Below are positions 29,649 through 40,679 of a stretch of DNA of 64,000 bases, piece after piece (the first letter of the stretch is position 1; the number at the start of each line of letters is the position of its first letter). Where the stretch lies: contig CAXXLF010000002.1 of the NCBI GenBank assembly GCA_963664015.2, positions 928,001 to 992,000 of the forward strand. Reading direction: 5' to 3'. The notes beneath the pieces are model-generated. The model searched no databases. It had not been told where the DNA came from and saw only the letters and a list, made by a program, of their open reading frames with translations. Source of the stretch: Candidatus Binatia bacterium (lineage in GTDB: Bacteria; Desulfobacterota; Binatia; UBA9968; CAXXLF01). Position numbers and translations under genes: made by a program.

Positions 29649-30362
29649 CTAGGGGACAACTCCCAGTAGATCCTTCATTTCCCGGACAGCCCGCTCCATC
29701 CCAACCATGATGGCGCGAGCAACGATACTATGACCGATGTTCAGCTCGACGATATCCGGGATCCTCGTAATAGGCAGGACGTTGTCATAATTGAGTCCAT
29801 GTCCACCATGGACCTCCAGCCCCAGCCTACTCGAGAGAGAGACGGCGTTCTTAACCTCGTCGAGCTCGACTGTTCGGCTGCCGGAAACCAGACTGTAACG
29901 CCCCGTATGGATCTCAACCCCATGGGCTTCGACCTCCCGACTCGCCTCGATCTGGTCCGCCTGGGGATCGACGAACAGGCTCACCCGAATTCCGGCTCCC
30001 TGGAGACGCTTAACGGCTTCCTTGATATTACTCTGTTGACCGATAACGTGAAGTCCTCCCTCTGTGGTCAGCTCTTCGCGGCGCTCGGGGACAAGACAGA
30101 CGTCATCTGGCTTGAACCGTTCGGCATGCCTGACCATTTCAGAGGTTACCGCCATTTCCAGATTTAGCTTGGTGGTGAGGTTCTCACGCAACCGTTCTAC
30201 ATCCCGTTCCTGAATATGGCGCCGGTCTTCACGCAGATGAACGGTAATGCCATTGGCTCCACCCTTCTCAGCAAGGAGCGCAGCCTCCACCGGATCGGGG
30301 CTATCAATCTGTCTTGCCTGACGCACGGTGGCTACATGATCTACATTGATCCCAAGCCGCAT
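29649..30362 (-). CDS. pdxJ: Pyridoxine 5'-phosphate synthase
   Basis: [30 protein letters not shown]. Confidence 0.97.
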   Translation of the reverse strand: MRLGINVDHVATVRQARQIDSPDPVEAALLAEKGGANGITVHLREDRRHIQERDVERLRENLTTKLNLEMAVTSEMVRHAERFKPDDVCLVPERREELTTEGGLHVIGQQSNIKEAVKRLQGAGIRVSLFVDPQADQIEASREVEAHGVEIHTGRYSLVSGSRTVELDEVKNAVSLSSRLGLEVHGGHGLNYDNVLPITRIPDIVELNIGHSIVARAIMVGMERAVREMKDLLGVVP

Positions 30363-30422
30363 ATTCGTATAATCGCTATTCGTGTTTTCGAATCAACCAG
30401 TAACGAGCTGACGAGTAACCAA

Positions 30423-31880
30423 TTACTTGTCGCTCCCTAACGCAACACGAATCTCTTCCGCTATTTCGTGGGCCATCTTTCGAATCCCGTCCTCGTCCTC
30501 CCCTTCCAACATAACCCGAGCCAGGGGTTCTGTCCCCGAGTAACGGACCAATACCCTTCCCTTCGTCCCCAATTCCTGTTCAACCGCGGTGATTCTCTTT
30601 TGCACACGAGGAACATTGGACAAGGCCTTCTTCTCCTTAACTCCCACGTTGAGAAGCACTTGAGGGAGCTTGGTCATCACCCGCTTCAGCTCACCCAGAG
30701 ACTTCCCCTGTTCCTTCATGATCGTCAAGATCTGTAGGGCCGTGAGACAACCGTCTCCGGTGGTGTTGTGGTCCATGAAAACTACATGCCCCGACTGCTC
30801 TCCACCCAAGTTATACCCCCCGCGACGCATCTCCTCTACCACATACCGGTCTCCCACAGAGGTACGGATAAGGTTAATACCCATATCCTGGAGCGCAATA
30901 TCCAGCCCGAGATTACTCATCACTGTCCCCACCACCGTGGAGGACGCAAGGATCCCCTTTTGCTGCATGTATCGAGCACAAATGGCCAGGATCTCATCCC
31001 CATCAACAATCTCCCCTTTCTCGTCCACAAAGATGGCACGGTCACCATCCCCGTCCAGTAAGACGGCCAAATCGGCATCATGCTCGAGCAGGACACTTCG
31101 TGCCGCCTCAGGAGAAAGGGAGCCACAGGCCTCGTTAATATTTTCTCCATCGGGATTTACCCCAATGGGAATCACCTCTGCGCCCAGCTCACTTAGAACC
31201 TCAGGTGCCACACGATAAGCTGCCCCATGGGCGCAGTCCACCACGATCTTCAATCCGTCCAGGGAGAGACAACGTGAGAAACTCATCTTTAAGTAGACGA
31301 CATTCCGCCCTACCGCATCGGATATACGAAATGCCTTTCCCACCTCAGAAGCCGTGGGCCGGTATCGATCTATGGCGCCCCCAAAGATCAATTCTTCAAT
31401 ACGTTCCTCGAGGGCGTCAGGAAGCTTGAAGCCCTCGCGGGAAAAAAATTTGATTCCATTATCTCTAAAGAGGTTATGAGAAGCCGAGATAACCACCCCC
31501 GCGTCGGCACGCATGCTACGGGTGAGAAAGGCGACTCCCGGCGTCGGTAACGGGCCCACGAGGAGCACATCCGCACCCATGGAGCAAATCCCGGAGGCCA
31601 ATGCCGTCTCAATCATGTACCCGGAACGGCGAGTGTCCTTGCCAATGAGGATACGGTATCGGTGATCTCCCCTACCGACACCCTCTCCACCCCGTTCTGG
31701 TTCCTGAAATACATAGGCCAGTGCCCGGCCTAGCTTTAAAGCCATTTCCGAGGTCATGGGCTCCAAATTGGCCACTCCCCGGACCCCATCGGTGCCAAAG
31801 AGTTGTCGCTTTTGCCCTCTTTCCTCCGCCCGGGGAGAGTGACTTGACCCATCTTTTCCTATTGGCTGATCGCTTGTCAT
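30423..31880 (-). CDS. glmM: Phosphoglucosamine mutase
   Basis: [34 protein letters not shown]. Confidence 0.97.
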   Translation of the reverse strand: MTSDQPIGKDGSSHSPRAEERGQKRQLFGTDGVRGVANLEPMTSEMALKLGRALAYVFQEPERGGEGVGRGDHRYRILIGKDTRRSGYMIETALASGICSMGADVLLVGPLPTPGVAFLTRSMRADAGVVISASHNLFRDNGIKFFSREGFKLPDALEERIEELIFGGAIDRYRPTASEVGKAFRISDAVGRNVVYLKMSFSRCLSLDGLKIVVDCAHGAAYRVAPEVLSELGAEVIPIGVNPDGENINEACGSLSPEAARSVLLEHDADLAVLLDGDGDRAIFVDEKGEIVDGDEILAICARYMQQKGILASSTVVGTVMSNLGLDIALQDMGINLIRTSVGDRYVVEEMRRGGYNLGGEQSGHVVFMDHNTTGDGCLTALQILTIMKEQGKSLGELKRVMTKLPQVLLNVGVKEKKALSNVPRVQKRITAVEQELGTKGRVLVRYSGTEPLARVMLEGEDEDGIRKMAHEIAEEIRVALGSDK

Positions 31881-32791
31881 TGAACAGTCGCTCCGAAACG
31901 AATCTTATCAACAACTCGAAGCGCGCGAAAGGTGGCCTTGACGTCATGAACCCGAATCAGGTTAGCCCCTCCCAAGGCAGCGGCCACTGCGGCCGCTATG
32001 CTTCCTTCCAGCCGATCCTCGGGACCCACCTGAAGGATCTTGCCAATGAAAGTCTTGCGAGATGGACCCACCAGCAGAGGTTGCCCCAAAGTGCCTAAGG
32101 TCGATAGAGAGCGCAGGAGCTCCAGATTGTGATCCAGATTTTTCCCGAATCCGATCCCCGGATCAATAATGATGTTCACGGGTTCCACCCCTACTGAATT
32201 TGCGAATTCTATTTGGTTTCGCAAAAAATCGGCTACCTCTTGAACGACATTACTATAATTCGGCTGGGCCTGCATGGTCCGAGGCTCACCTTGCATATGC
32301 ATGAGGATCACCGGCACCTTCTCTCGTGCCACTAGTGACGCCATGGCAGGGTCAAATTGCAAGGCACTAATGTCATTGACCAGATCCGCCCCTTCGTCCA
32401 GAGCACGACGCGCCACGTGGGCCTTGGTGGTATCCACCGAGAGGGGAATGTTTACCGCCCGACGAAGCCCTTGAAGGACCGGGATCACCCTATCTAATTC
32501 TTCGTCGTCAGAGACCGGCTCAGCCCCTGGGCGTGTGGATTCACCGCCGATGTCGATCACATCGGCCCCTTCGTCTGCCAGCTCAGTACCACGGGCAATT
32601 GCCCTGTTGGGGTCCAGAAACCTCCCTCCATCAGAAAATGAATCCGGCGTAATATTGAGAACCCCCATGATAGCCGTTCGACGGCTCATGTCTATGTTTC
32701 CATGACGAGTAGGAAGGACCCAGCCAAACTCGCCAGACTGGTTCCGGGAATGTTGCATGATGTCCAAGGAAAAATCCGATTGACCGGGCAT
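31877..32791 (-). CDS. folP: Dihydropteroate synthase
   Basis: [35 protein letters not shown]. Confidence 0.97.
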   Translation of the reverse strand: MPGQSDFSLDIMQHSRNQSGEFGWVLPTRHGNIDMSRRTAIMGVLNITPDSFSDGGRFLDPNRAIARGTELADEGADVIDIGGESTRPGAEPVSDDEELDRVIPVLQGLRRAVNIPLSVDTTKAHVARRALDEGADLVNDISALQFDPAMASLVAREKVPVILMHMQGEPRTMQAQPNYSNVVQEVADFLRNQIEFANSVGVEPVNIIIDPGIGFGKNLDHNLELLRSLSTLGTLGQPLLVGPSRKTFIGKILQVGPEDRLEGSIAAAVAAALGGANLIRVHDVKATFRALRVVDKIRFGATVQ

Positions 32792-32916
32792 TGATCTAAA
32801 CGTGAGCCCCTCCCTCTCCTAGGATCCTGCCCCTCATCGTCGGGCAATCTGTCTTTGAACTGAAAATCGGAATTGAAGAGGGCTGGGTGATCCCTCGGCA
32901 GGTCGATCTCGTTAAT

Positions 32917-34755
32917 TTAGACGTTGGCCGGCGCGGGTCCCATCGTTAGGGGTGATCCGTTGTTGCTGCCGAACTCCCGGACCAGGGTATCGATCTCGGA
33001 ACCGTCCAGGACCTCTTTTTCGAGAAGCCTCTGCGCCAATTTGTGGAGTAGCTCAAGGTTGGTGGTCAGGATATTCTTGGCCCGCTCATAGTTCTCCTGG
33101 ATGATACGCCGGACCTCGGCATCGATGGCAGCGGATGTACTTTCTGAAAAGTCCTGTTGCTGGGTGAAGTCCCTGCCAAGGAAGATCTGCTCCTCCTTTT
33201 TGCCAAAGGTCATGGGGCCCAATTTCTCACTCATCCCCCATTCACACACCATTCGACGGGCAAGGTCCGTAGCCCGTTCGATATCATTGCCTGCACCGGT
33301 GGTCATGCTATCGAGCACCAACTCCTCAGCCACCCGTCCCCCGAAAAGGATGGTAATGTTGTTGAGCAGGTAGTCCAAGGGATAGGTATGTTTTTCATCG
33401 ATCGGCAATTGTTGCGTTAAGCCAAGGGCCATTCCGCGAGGGATAATCGTAACCTTATGAATGGGGTCCGTACCCGGGATAAGGGTGGCCACGAGGGCAT
33501 GTCCGGCTTCATGATAGGCCGTATTACGCTTCTCTTCTTCACTGATGATCATGCTCTTGCGTTCGGAACCCATCATGACCTTGTCTTTCGCCAATTCAAA
33601 ATCGGCCATGTCGACCGTTTCTTTGTCGCTCTTGGCTGCCAGGAGCGCCGCTTCGTTCACCAGGTTTTCGAGATCGGCACCGGCAAACCCAGGGGTCCCA
33701 CGGGCCAGAACTTTGATGTCCACATCGTCGGCCAAGGGTACTTTGCGGATATGCACGGATAGGATCCCTTCTCTTCCCTTGATATCCGGGTGGGGGACGA
33801 CGACCCGGCGGTCGAAGCGACCCGGCCGAAGGAGGGCCGGGTCTAATACATCGGGACGATTGGTCGCGGCAATCAGGATGACCCCTTCATTGGTCTCAAA
33901 CCCGTCCATTTCAACCAGCAGCTGATTGAGGGTCTGCTCTCGCTCATCATGTCCTCCGCCCAAACCTGCACCTCGTTGCCGACCCACTGCGTCAATTTCG
34001 TCGATAAAAATAATACAAGGGGCGTTTTTCTTTCCTTGAACGAAGAGGTCTCTGACCCGAGAAGCCCCGACGCCCACAAACATTTCCACGAAATCAGACC
34101 CGCTGATGCTATAGAAAGGAACCCCCGCCTCTCCTGCGATAGCGCGAGCCAGCAAGGTCTTCCCGGTGCCCGGAGGGCCAACCAGAATGCACCCCTTAGG
34201 GATCCGACCTCCCAGCTTGGTAAACTTTTTAGGGTCTTTTAAGAATGCGATAATTTCCTCTAGGTCATCCTTTGCCTCTTCAACTCCAGCTACATCGTTG
34301 AAGGTTATCTTCGTCTGGTTTTCGTTGAGAAGCCGAGCCCGGCTCTTGCCGAAAGACATTGCCTTGCCACCACCAACCTGCATCTGCCGCATGAAGAAGA
34401 TCCATACGCCGATGAGCAGTAGCATGGGGAACCAGTTCACCAGGAGAACCACGTACCAGGGAGATTCGTCCTCCGGCTTCGCCGAGATTCTGATTTTTCT
34501 AGCCCTGAGTGTCTTGACCAGATCGGGATCGTAGGGAGCGAAGGTCTTAAATCGCTCTCCGTTCTGGTATTTGCCTAGGATATTCTGCCCTTGAATGGTT
34601 ACTTCCTGGATTTCGCCCTTATCGACTGCTATCCAGAAGTCGCTGAAAACCACTTCAGGGTCCTTGCGTTGCTGACGTGTAAAGACATTAAAGAGCAGGA
34701 GAAACATCAGCCCCAGGACCAGCCAGAGGGCTAAATTTTTAGATGTTTGGTTCAA
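32917..34755 (-). CDS. ftsH: ATP-dependent zinc metalloprotease FtsH
   Basis: [24 protein letters not shown]. Confidence 0.98.
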   Translation of the reverse strand: MNQTSKNLALWLVLGLMFLLLFNVFTRQQRKDPEVVFSDFWIAVDKGEIQEVTIQGQNILGKYQNGERFKTFAPYDPDLVKTLRARKIRISAKPEDESPWYVVLLVNWFPMLLLIGVWIFFMRQMQVGGGKAMSFGKSRARLLNENQTKITFNDVAGVEEAKDDLEEIIAFLKDPKKFTKLGGRIPKGCILVGPPGTGKTLLARAIAGEAGVPFYSISGSDFVEMFVGVGASRVRDLFVQGKKNAPCIIFIDEIDAVGRQRGAGLGGGHDEREQTLNQLLVEMDGFETNEGVILIAATNRPDVLDPALLRPGRFDRRVVVPHPDIKGREGILSVHIRKVPLADDVDIKVLARGTPGFAGADLENLVNEAALLAAKSDKETVDMADFELAKDKVMMGSERKSMIISEEEKRNTAYHEAGHALVATLIPGTDPIHKVTIIPRGMALGLTQQLPIDEKHTYPLDYLLNNITILFGGRVAEELVLDSMTTGAGNDIERATDLARRMVCEWGMSEKLGPMTFGKKEEQIFLGRDFTQQQDFSESTSAAIDAEVRRIIQENYERAKNILTTNLELLHKLAQRLLEKEVLDGSEIDTLVREFGSNNGSPLTMGPAPANV

Positions 34756-35079
34756 TCAATCGGTCCCAAATTAAAGACGTTCTATCTTTAAGGTTTACCA
34801 CAGGTACGGGTTTAGATCAATATCTTCACGCTATAAGAAAAGTTAGTATTTTCAAGGGGTAAGTACTGAACCACCCCGTGGCTGAGGCGTCAACTGCCGC
34901 TGCTTGTGCCTAGGACAAGAAAGAACAATGGAGACACCAAAAAGTATCCACCTCCGCAGAGGACCATGGGCAACTTACTCCCCGTAGGTGCCTACGGCTT
35001 CGAAGGCCGGAAAGGCTGGATAAACCCGTTGAGGCTTCATTTTAATTCTATCCTATGGATACAAAGCCTAGCACAAACA

Positions 35080-36522
35080 TTAAGCAGGTCCATCCATGGA
35101 GGATAGCCGTACTTTTAGGAGCTCACGGGTTCGGGGCCCGGTCTTAGCAAACTCACTCCTTCCGTAGGAGGGAATCCAAAGGATCCAATCTCCGGCCAGC
35201 ACGATAGGCAGGGTCCTTCGAATTGGGAAAGGGACCTTCTTCTCAATAAAGAGATCCTTGACCTTTTTATGCCCTTGCATCCCTAGGGGTTGGAACCGGT
35301 CCCCAGCGCGAAAATTGCGCACGGTCAGGGTCTCAGGCAGAACGGCGCTATCAAAGACTGCCTCCATCTCGCTCTGTGGCCGTGCAGCATCGGCTTCGTA
35401 TGAGACTCCCGAGCTCTGCAGTTCCACGCCAGCTTCGGGGATCAAGACCCTCCCCCCATGGGGAAGCAGGTAATGGTAATGAACCGTGTCCGGTCCTTTA
35501 CCACCGGTTTTCTCGATCCGCACGTGATCATACTCCCGGCAGAGCTGCCACCCTCCAGGGAGAGAAAGACGGCCCTGCACGGGTCCTTGACCGACGAATC
35601 TAAGGGCCCGCTCGATATCTTCAAAGCCTACTCCCAACAAGCTGCCCGTGCGTGCTTCAAGCCAAGAACGCATCACTCTTCGCTGCATGGCCGCACCTTG
35701 ACCTAGCAAGGCCCCACGCAAAAGATCGGGGCCGACAACGAGCTTCTCGAGAAGCGCCCCTCCTACCTCATCGAGAATCTTTTCCTCTTCCCGCCAGATA
35801 TCGGCCAGATGGGCCAATCGTTCAGTCAATCGGTTATCGACCCTCTCTTTGAGTTGCAAAAGTAAACGGTGGCGGATCCAGTTCCGTAGGTAACGACAGT
35901 CAAGATTGGTGGAGTCCTCTCTGAATTCCAAGCTCTCTGCTTTCAGATAGGTCATGATCTCTTGCCTGGAAACCTCAATGAGGGGTCGCACCAGCATCGA
36001 CACGTTTCCCCCCTCTGAGTCGTTGAAGATCCGCCGCTTTGGAGGCATACCACCCAGTCCTCTTCTGCCAGTACCGCGAATGAGCCACATGAGCATAGTT
36101 TCCGCTTGATCGTCCCTCGTGTGGCCTGTAGCAACCCGATTGTAGCCAAACTCCACAGCCACAGAGTTGAAGAATTGGTACCGTTCCCTTCGGCCCAGGG
36201 CCTCCAGGTTTGTCTGATCTCCAACAGACTTCAATTGGGGGAGATCGACCTCCTTCAAGAAAAACGGGACACCTTTTTCTTTGGCCAACTGAGCCACAGA
36301 AAGCGCATCCCGTCTGGCCTCCTCGCCACGAACCCCATGGCCCAGGTGAGCCACTGCCAGGCGCCAACCGTACTCGTCTTTGAGGCCAAACAAGATATGA
36401 AACAGGGCTACCGAATCCGGACCTCCCGACACACCCACCAAGACTCCGTCACCCCTCGTCAAGAGCTGGTGTTTTCCGATACAGTCGTTAACTTTTTTTG
36501 CCAGGTTCACGATCAGGTACAC
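35080..36522 (-). CDS. tilS: tRNA(Ile)-lysidine synthase
   Basis: VSGGPDS, GHTRDDQAET, RN.IR, TilS C-terminal domain. Confidence 0.95.
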   Translation of the reverse strand: MYLIVNLAKKVNDCIGKHQLLTRGDGVLVGVSGGPDSVALFHILFGLKDEYGWRLAVAHLGHGVRGEEARRDALSVAQLAKEKGVPFFLKEVDLPQLKSVGDQTNLEALGRRERYQFFNSVAVEFGYNRVATGHTRDDQAETMLMWLIRGTGRRGLGGMPPKRRIFNDSEGGNVSMLVRPLIEVSRQEIMTYLKAESLEFREDSTNLDCRYLRNWIRHRLLLQLKERVDNRLTERLAHLADIWREEEKILDEVGGALLEKLVVGPDLLRGALLGQGAAMQRRVMRSWLEARTGSLLGVGFEDIERALRFVGQGPVQGRLSLPGGWQLCREYDHVRIEKTGGKGPDTVHYHYLLPHGGRVLIPEAGVELQSSGVSYEADAARPQSEMEAVFDSAVLPETLTVRNFRAGDRFQPLGMQGHKKVKDLFIEKKVPFPIRRTLPIVLAGDWILWIPSYGRSEFAKTGPRTRELLKVRLSSMDGPA

Positions 36523-36603
36523 CCCTTAAAGTAAAATCCTGCGCGCTTTACCCCTCCAAAGCAAGGCCCGCAGCGGCCGATTCGTGTCGGATCGAGGTTG
36601 AAT

Positions 36604-37692
36604 TTAGAACCTCAATCCCTCCGCGTATCCTGTCAATTCCACATAGCCGAGGCCACGGACCTCTCCATCCCCCATCGTACCGCGGATACGGACGCTTCCC
36701 TCCCAGTAGGTGACTCGAGTGCTTTTACGGGCATTGATTTCCTGCTGGGCAAAGAACGGGAGGACTTCTAACTCGAGTTTTTCCGTTGGGATTCGGACCT
36801 TCCATCCCATAGGATAGGTCGCTCGACTTTGCGGGCTGGTCCATTGCTCCAGCACCCGAATGTTATAAGCGTCGAGAGATAATTTTCGCGTCGTCCCGTC
36901 CTTGTAGACCAGGGTGCCACTTGACACCGGGTCAACTGTGCCATCCCGTCGTCGCATGAGATAGAGCATCAGTTCCGTTTCGTTGTTGAGCTGAAGGCTG
37001 AACCAGTCCCATCCAATCTGATCCTTACCTAATTGGTCACTACCAAACTCATGGTCCATCCAAGACAGTCCCTGAACTTTTTCGGCTCGACGGTTGATTT
37101 GCACGACCCCCTCGGTCTTGATGCGGGTCAGCGAATAATAGTAGGAGGCTCGCCCGGCACCTTGCCCCTTGCGGCTCAGACCGTTATCACCATGCAGAAC
37201 TGGAGGCTTCGTCGGGGTCAAGCGCAATTGCAAAGAGTGCTTCCCGTCTTTGACCGTGATCACATGGGTTTTTCCCTCAAGCACGACCCTCCAGTCTTCG
37301 TTCCAGACCCGGTAATGTCCTACATTAGCGCCGGCCTTGCCTTCGTAACCCCGGTTGACCCTCTCCCGGAAGATAAAGGTCTCAGCATCCTTGTCGGAAA
37401 GTACGAAGTGGGCCATGTATAGATCGGTAAAAAGCGCGGCCGCACCCGTCTCCTGGCGATCTCTAAGGCCAATACGAAAAAAAGTCACCTGGTAGCCGTA
37501 CCGTTTTCCACTCTCTGTTTCTAAGTGCCCGGTATAGTACCACCACTCGGTGCTGTAGTCTGGATGAGCGGAATGATCGTTTGGGAAGAAAAACTCACGG
37601 CGATCCAAGGCCCGCTGGTAACGGAAGGACGTGGACAGCAACAAAACCGCCACTAACCCCAAGGCTATCCATTTTCGACTAAGCACAATCAC
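36604..37692 (-). CDS. AttH/CrtC-like lipocalin-domain secreted protein
   Basis: FPNDH..HP...EWWY.TGHL, ASYYYS, WMDHEF, GWDWF, YWEG. Confidence 0.85.
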   Translation of the reverse strand: MIVLSRKWIALGLVAVLLLSTSFRYQRALDRREFFFPNDHSAHPDYSTEWWYYTGHLETESGKRYGYQVTFFRIGLRDRQETGAAALFTDLYMAHFVLSDKDAETFIFRERVNRGYEGKAGANVGHYRVWNEDWRVVLEGKTHVITVKDGKHSLQLRLTPTKPPVLHGDNGLSRKGQGAGRASYYYSLTRIKTEGVVQINRRAEKVQGLSWMDHEFGSDQLGKDQIGWDWFSLQLNNETELMLYLMRRRDGTVDPVSSGTLVYKDGTTRKLSLDAYNIRVLEQWTSPQSRATYPMGWKVRIPTEKLELEVLPFFAQQEINARKSTRVTYWEGSVRIRGTMGDGEVRGLGYVELTGYAEGLRF

Positions 37693-37801
37693 ACCTCCAT
37701 CATTAGAATAACAGATTCTGGAAGCGTACCCTACTGGCAGTTTTCATGGCTTCTGAAAAATGGTTTGAGACAGTTTCGAAGTAATGCTATAGGGGACACT
37801 T

Positions 37802-38635
37802 ATGAAACAGGGAGAATCCAATCGCCGTGATCTTTTGACGAGGCCAAAGGCGGTGGAGGAGCGATTGCACGATGGCTCTCTGTGCCTTGTCGACACCCGA
37901 CCTGCAGAGCAGTTCGCCCACCACCACATCCCTGGAGCCATTCATTTTGACCTGTTCGGCTTAAGCCTCAGTGACACCAGTCCCGCGCCACTGAAGGCTT
38001 TTCTCGTGATGATGCACCACCTTTTCGAACTCCGTGGCCTGACCCAAGAGACAAAGGTCATTTTTTACGAAGAGACCTCCGGAATGAGGGCCGCTCGGGG
38101 TTTATGGTTCATGGATTATTTTGGCCACCAGAACGCGCAGGTGCTGGACGGGGGCATGGGCGCGTGGCGGCGAGCAGACTACCCCGTCACAACCGATTGT
38201 ACCATCCCAAAACCTGGAAAATTGAAAATCACTATCAACAATGGGCTCCTGGCAACCGCCGACGATGTTCTCGGTTCCCTAAACGAAACAACTTGCATCG
38301 TCGATACCCGAAGTGACGATGAGTACCTGGGACGTCTCATCAGAGCAGCTCGTGGAGGCGCCGTGCCGGGCGCCATTCACCTCGAATGGACCCACAACCT
38401 GGACGCTGAGGGCAAGTACAAGACCCTCCCCGAACTGGAGACCCTGTATAGAAACGCGGGGATTACCCCCGACAAGGAGATCGTGGTCTACTGTCAGGGG
38501 GGATACCGTTCGGCTCACTCGTACGTGGCCCTCAAGCTTCTTGGCTATCCCAGAGTACGTAATTACTTAGGGTCGTGGAAAGAATGGGGTGACCGGTCGG
38601 ATCTACCGATCGAGAAACCCTGGGAGATGCAGTGA
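37802..38635 (+). CDS. Two-domain rhodanese sulfurtransferase
   Basis: HIPGA, LDGG..AW, YCQGGYRS, Y.GSW.EW. Confidence 0.92.
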   Translation: MKQGESNRRDLLTRPKAVEERLHDGSLCLVDTRPAEQFAHHHIPGAIHFDLFGLSLSDTSPAPLKAFLVMMHHLFELRGLTQETKVIFYEETSGMRAARGLWFMDYFGHQNAQVLDGGMGAWRRADYPVTTDCTIPKPGKLKITINNGLLATADDVLGSLNETTCIVDTRSDDEYLGRLIRAARGGAVPGAIHLEWTHNLDAEGKYKTLPELETLYRNAGITPDKEIVVYCQGGYRSAHSYVALKLLGYPRVRNYLGSWKEWGDRSDLPIEKPWEMQ

Positions 38636-39825
38636 AGAATCCCTCACAACCGAAGCCGCGTCAAAGACCCGCAGCACCGAAAGAAATTGACATCAAGGGA
38701 CTAGGCCAAGGCCTGGTCTCCTCACTGAATCGGAAAAGCATCTTACAGGAACTGGCCAAGGGGCTCAAAAGCCCCATTCCCTACGATCGTCTAACGGTCT
38801 TCGATTACGGGGAACGGAAAGCGCCTCGACGTGTTTTTGTTACCCCATCCCACCAGGGCGAACCGACCACCCAGAGCCGCTTCAACGCAGCGGCGAAACG
38901 CATCAGCGCAAGACTGGCGCGAGAGAAGCGGACCTTCAATTGGCATGCAAAAGGCTCGCCAATGGGAGCTGAGGCAGAGTGCCTTTCAAGGGCGGGTTTC
39001 AACTCCTATCTGGCCCTACCCTTAATCCACCGACGTCGTGTCATTGGGAGCTTCCACCTTGCCCGCAAGGGAACCCAAGCCTACACCGCTGAGGAGCTCC
39101 GGGTGCTCGACTCTGTATCCCATTGGTTGACTATGGCTATGGGCAATGCCCTTCTCTATCAGACGGTTAAGAGCAAGAACGAAGCGCTACAAGAAGCGTC
39201 CGAGTACAAGTCCCAATTTCTCGCCAGGATGTCTGATGAGATTCGCACCCACCTGGGGGTTCTGGTCGGTTTTCTAGACATTTTACACGCCGGGACCCTG
39301 GGACCCGTTAACGAAGAACAAAGAAACGCATTGGATAAGATGCAGTCCCAGTCCCGAAAATTGCAAAAGATGATCAACGACGTCTTAAATCAGTCACGTA
39401 TCGAGGAAGGGAGCATTCCCCTCGAGGTGTCCACCTTTGCCATCGAACGGATCATCGAACCCCAACTTCCAACATTAACAACCGATGCCCCCAAGCGGGA
39501 AGAGATCCTTCAGAACCTGATCGTGAACGCATTCAAGTACACGCCCGAGGGAGAAGTGCGCATTCGGATCAAGAACAAACCCGAGTTTCGTCGTGTCGAG
39601 TTTGTTGTGGAAAATAGGGGACTGGGGATCTCGCAAAAAACGTAGCAAAGATTTTTGACGGCTTTCATCAAATCGACGCTACGGCCAGCAGCAAGGGGGT
39701 CGGTCTCGGCCTGACCATCGTCAAGAGATAGGTCGATCTATTGGACGGTGACATTCAGGTTCTAACCCACCCTGGCATAAGGATCGAGTTTTTACGTTAC
39801 GCTTCCGTACACCTTAGAAATCTGA
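38632..39825 (+). pseudogene. GAF-sensor histidine kinase pseudogene
   Basis: H-box reads MSDEIRTHL; apparent internal deletion; frameshift near 39635-39640, after which IFDGFHQ..GVGLGLTIVKR*..GSSFYVTLP continues with a stop and a second shift. Confidence 0.85.
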
Positions 39826-39875
39826 TCATCCATCCCGCCTAACATCACATGGGGGAGCCTAACCCCAGGGAGGAT

Positions 39876-40616
39876 ATGGGAATGCAAATCAAGAACCAAG
39901 TAGCCATTATTACCGGTGGTGGGAGCGGGCTCGGACGGGCGATGGCCCTGGGGTTGGCCGCCGAAGGGGCCAGGGTGTTCATCGCCGACGTCAGGGAGCC
40001 CGAAGGCCGCAAGGTGGTTGACGAGATAAAGTCCCAAGGGGGCGAAGCGGATCTCTACGTCGGAGATATCAGTCAGGAAGAGACCGCCCAGCAACTGGTT
40101 GATAGCTGCATCCAACGAATGAAACGGATCGATATCCTGATCAACAACGCAGGTCTGAGGATGGAAGATCATGAGGACGGCGTCTTTGAAAACTGGAGGT
40201 GTTTGCGAAAGCAGCCAACCCACGAGCTCTCCATTGACCAATGGGATCTGGTCATCCGGGTTAACCTTAAGGCGGCCTTTCTCGGCACCCACTTTGCCCT
40301 GCCCCATTTGATCCGTCAAAGGCGCGGCACCATCATCAACACCTCTTCCGGGGCCGGAACCCGTGGCACTGCCGGCAAAAGCGCCTACTGTGCCTCCAAG
40401 CACGGTATCGAGGGTTTTACCAAGAGCGTTGCTGAAGAGGTCCGCGAGTACGGTATCAGCGTCAACGCGATCCATCCGGGACGCGGCCGGGCCAATGTGG
40501 ACGGCCGTGGGGGCGCGGACCCTGACGTCGTCGTCCCACCGGTCCTTTATCTTTGCCGACAGGACGAACCGAAAGTGACCGGCCAATCGATAACCGGACA
40601 AGATTGGCAAGATTAA
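39876..40616 (+). CDS. SDR family oxidoreductase
   Basis: TGGGSGLG, INNAG, YCASK, VNAIHPG. Confidence 0.92.
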   Translation: MGMQIKNQVAIITGGGSGLGRAMALGLAAEGARVFIADVREPEGRKVVDEIKSQGGEADLYVGDISQEETAQQLVDSCIQRMKRIDILINNAGLRMEDHEDGVFENWRCLRKQPTHELSIDQWDLVIRVNLKAAFLGTHFALPHLIRQRRGTIINTSSGAGTRGTAGKSAYCASKHGIEGFTKSVAEEVREYGISVNAIHPGRGRANVDGRGGADPDVVVPPVLYLCRQDEPKVTGQSITGQDWQD

Positions 40617-40679
40617 CAAGATTGGAGAGAGGGACTAGATAGGGTAAGGGTCTCTAATCGTGGTTCCGAATCGGTCCGA

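Noticed and set aside
39792-40619. 275-aa minus-strand ORF
   Set aside because: Typical antisense shadow of the SDR gene
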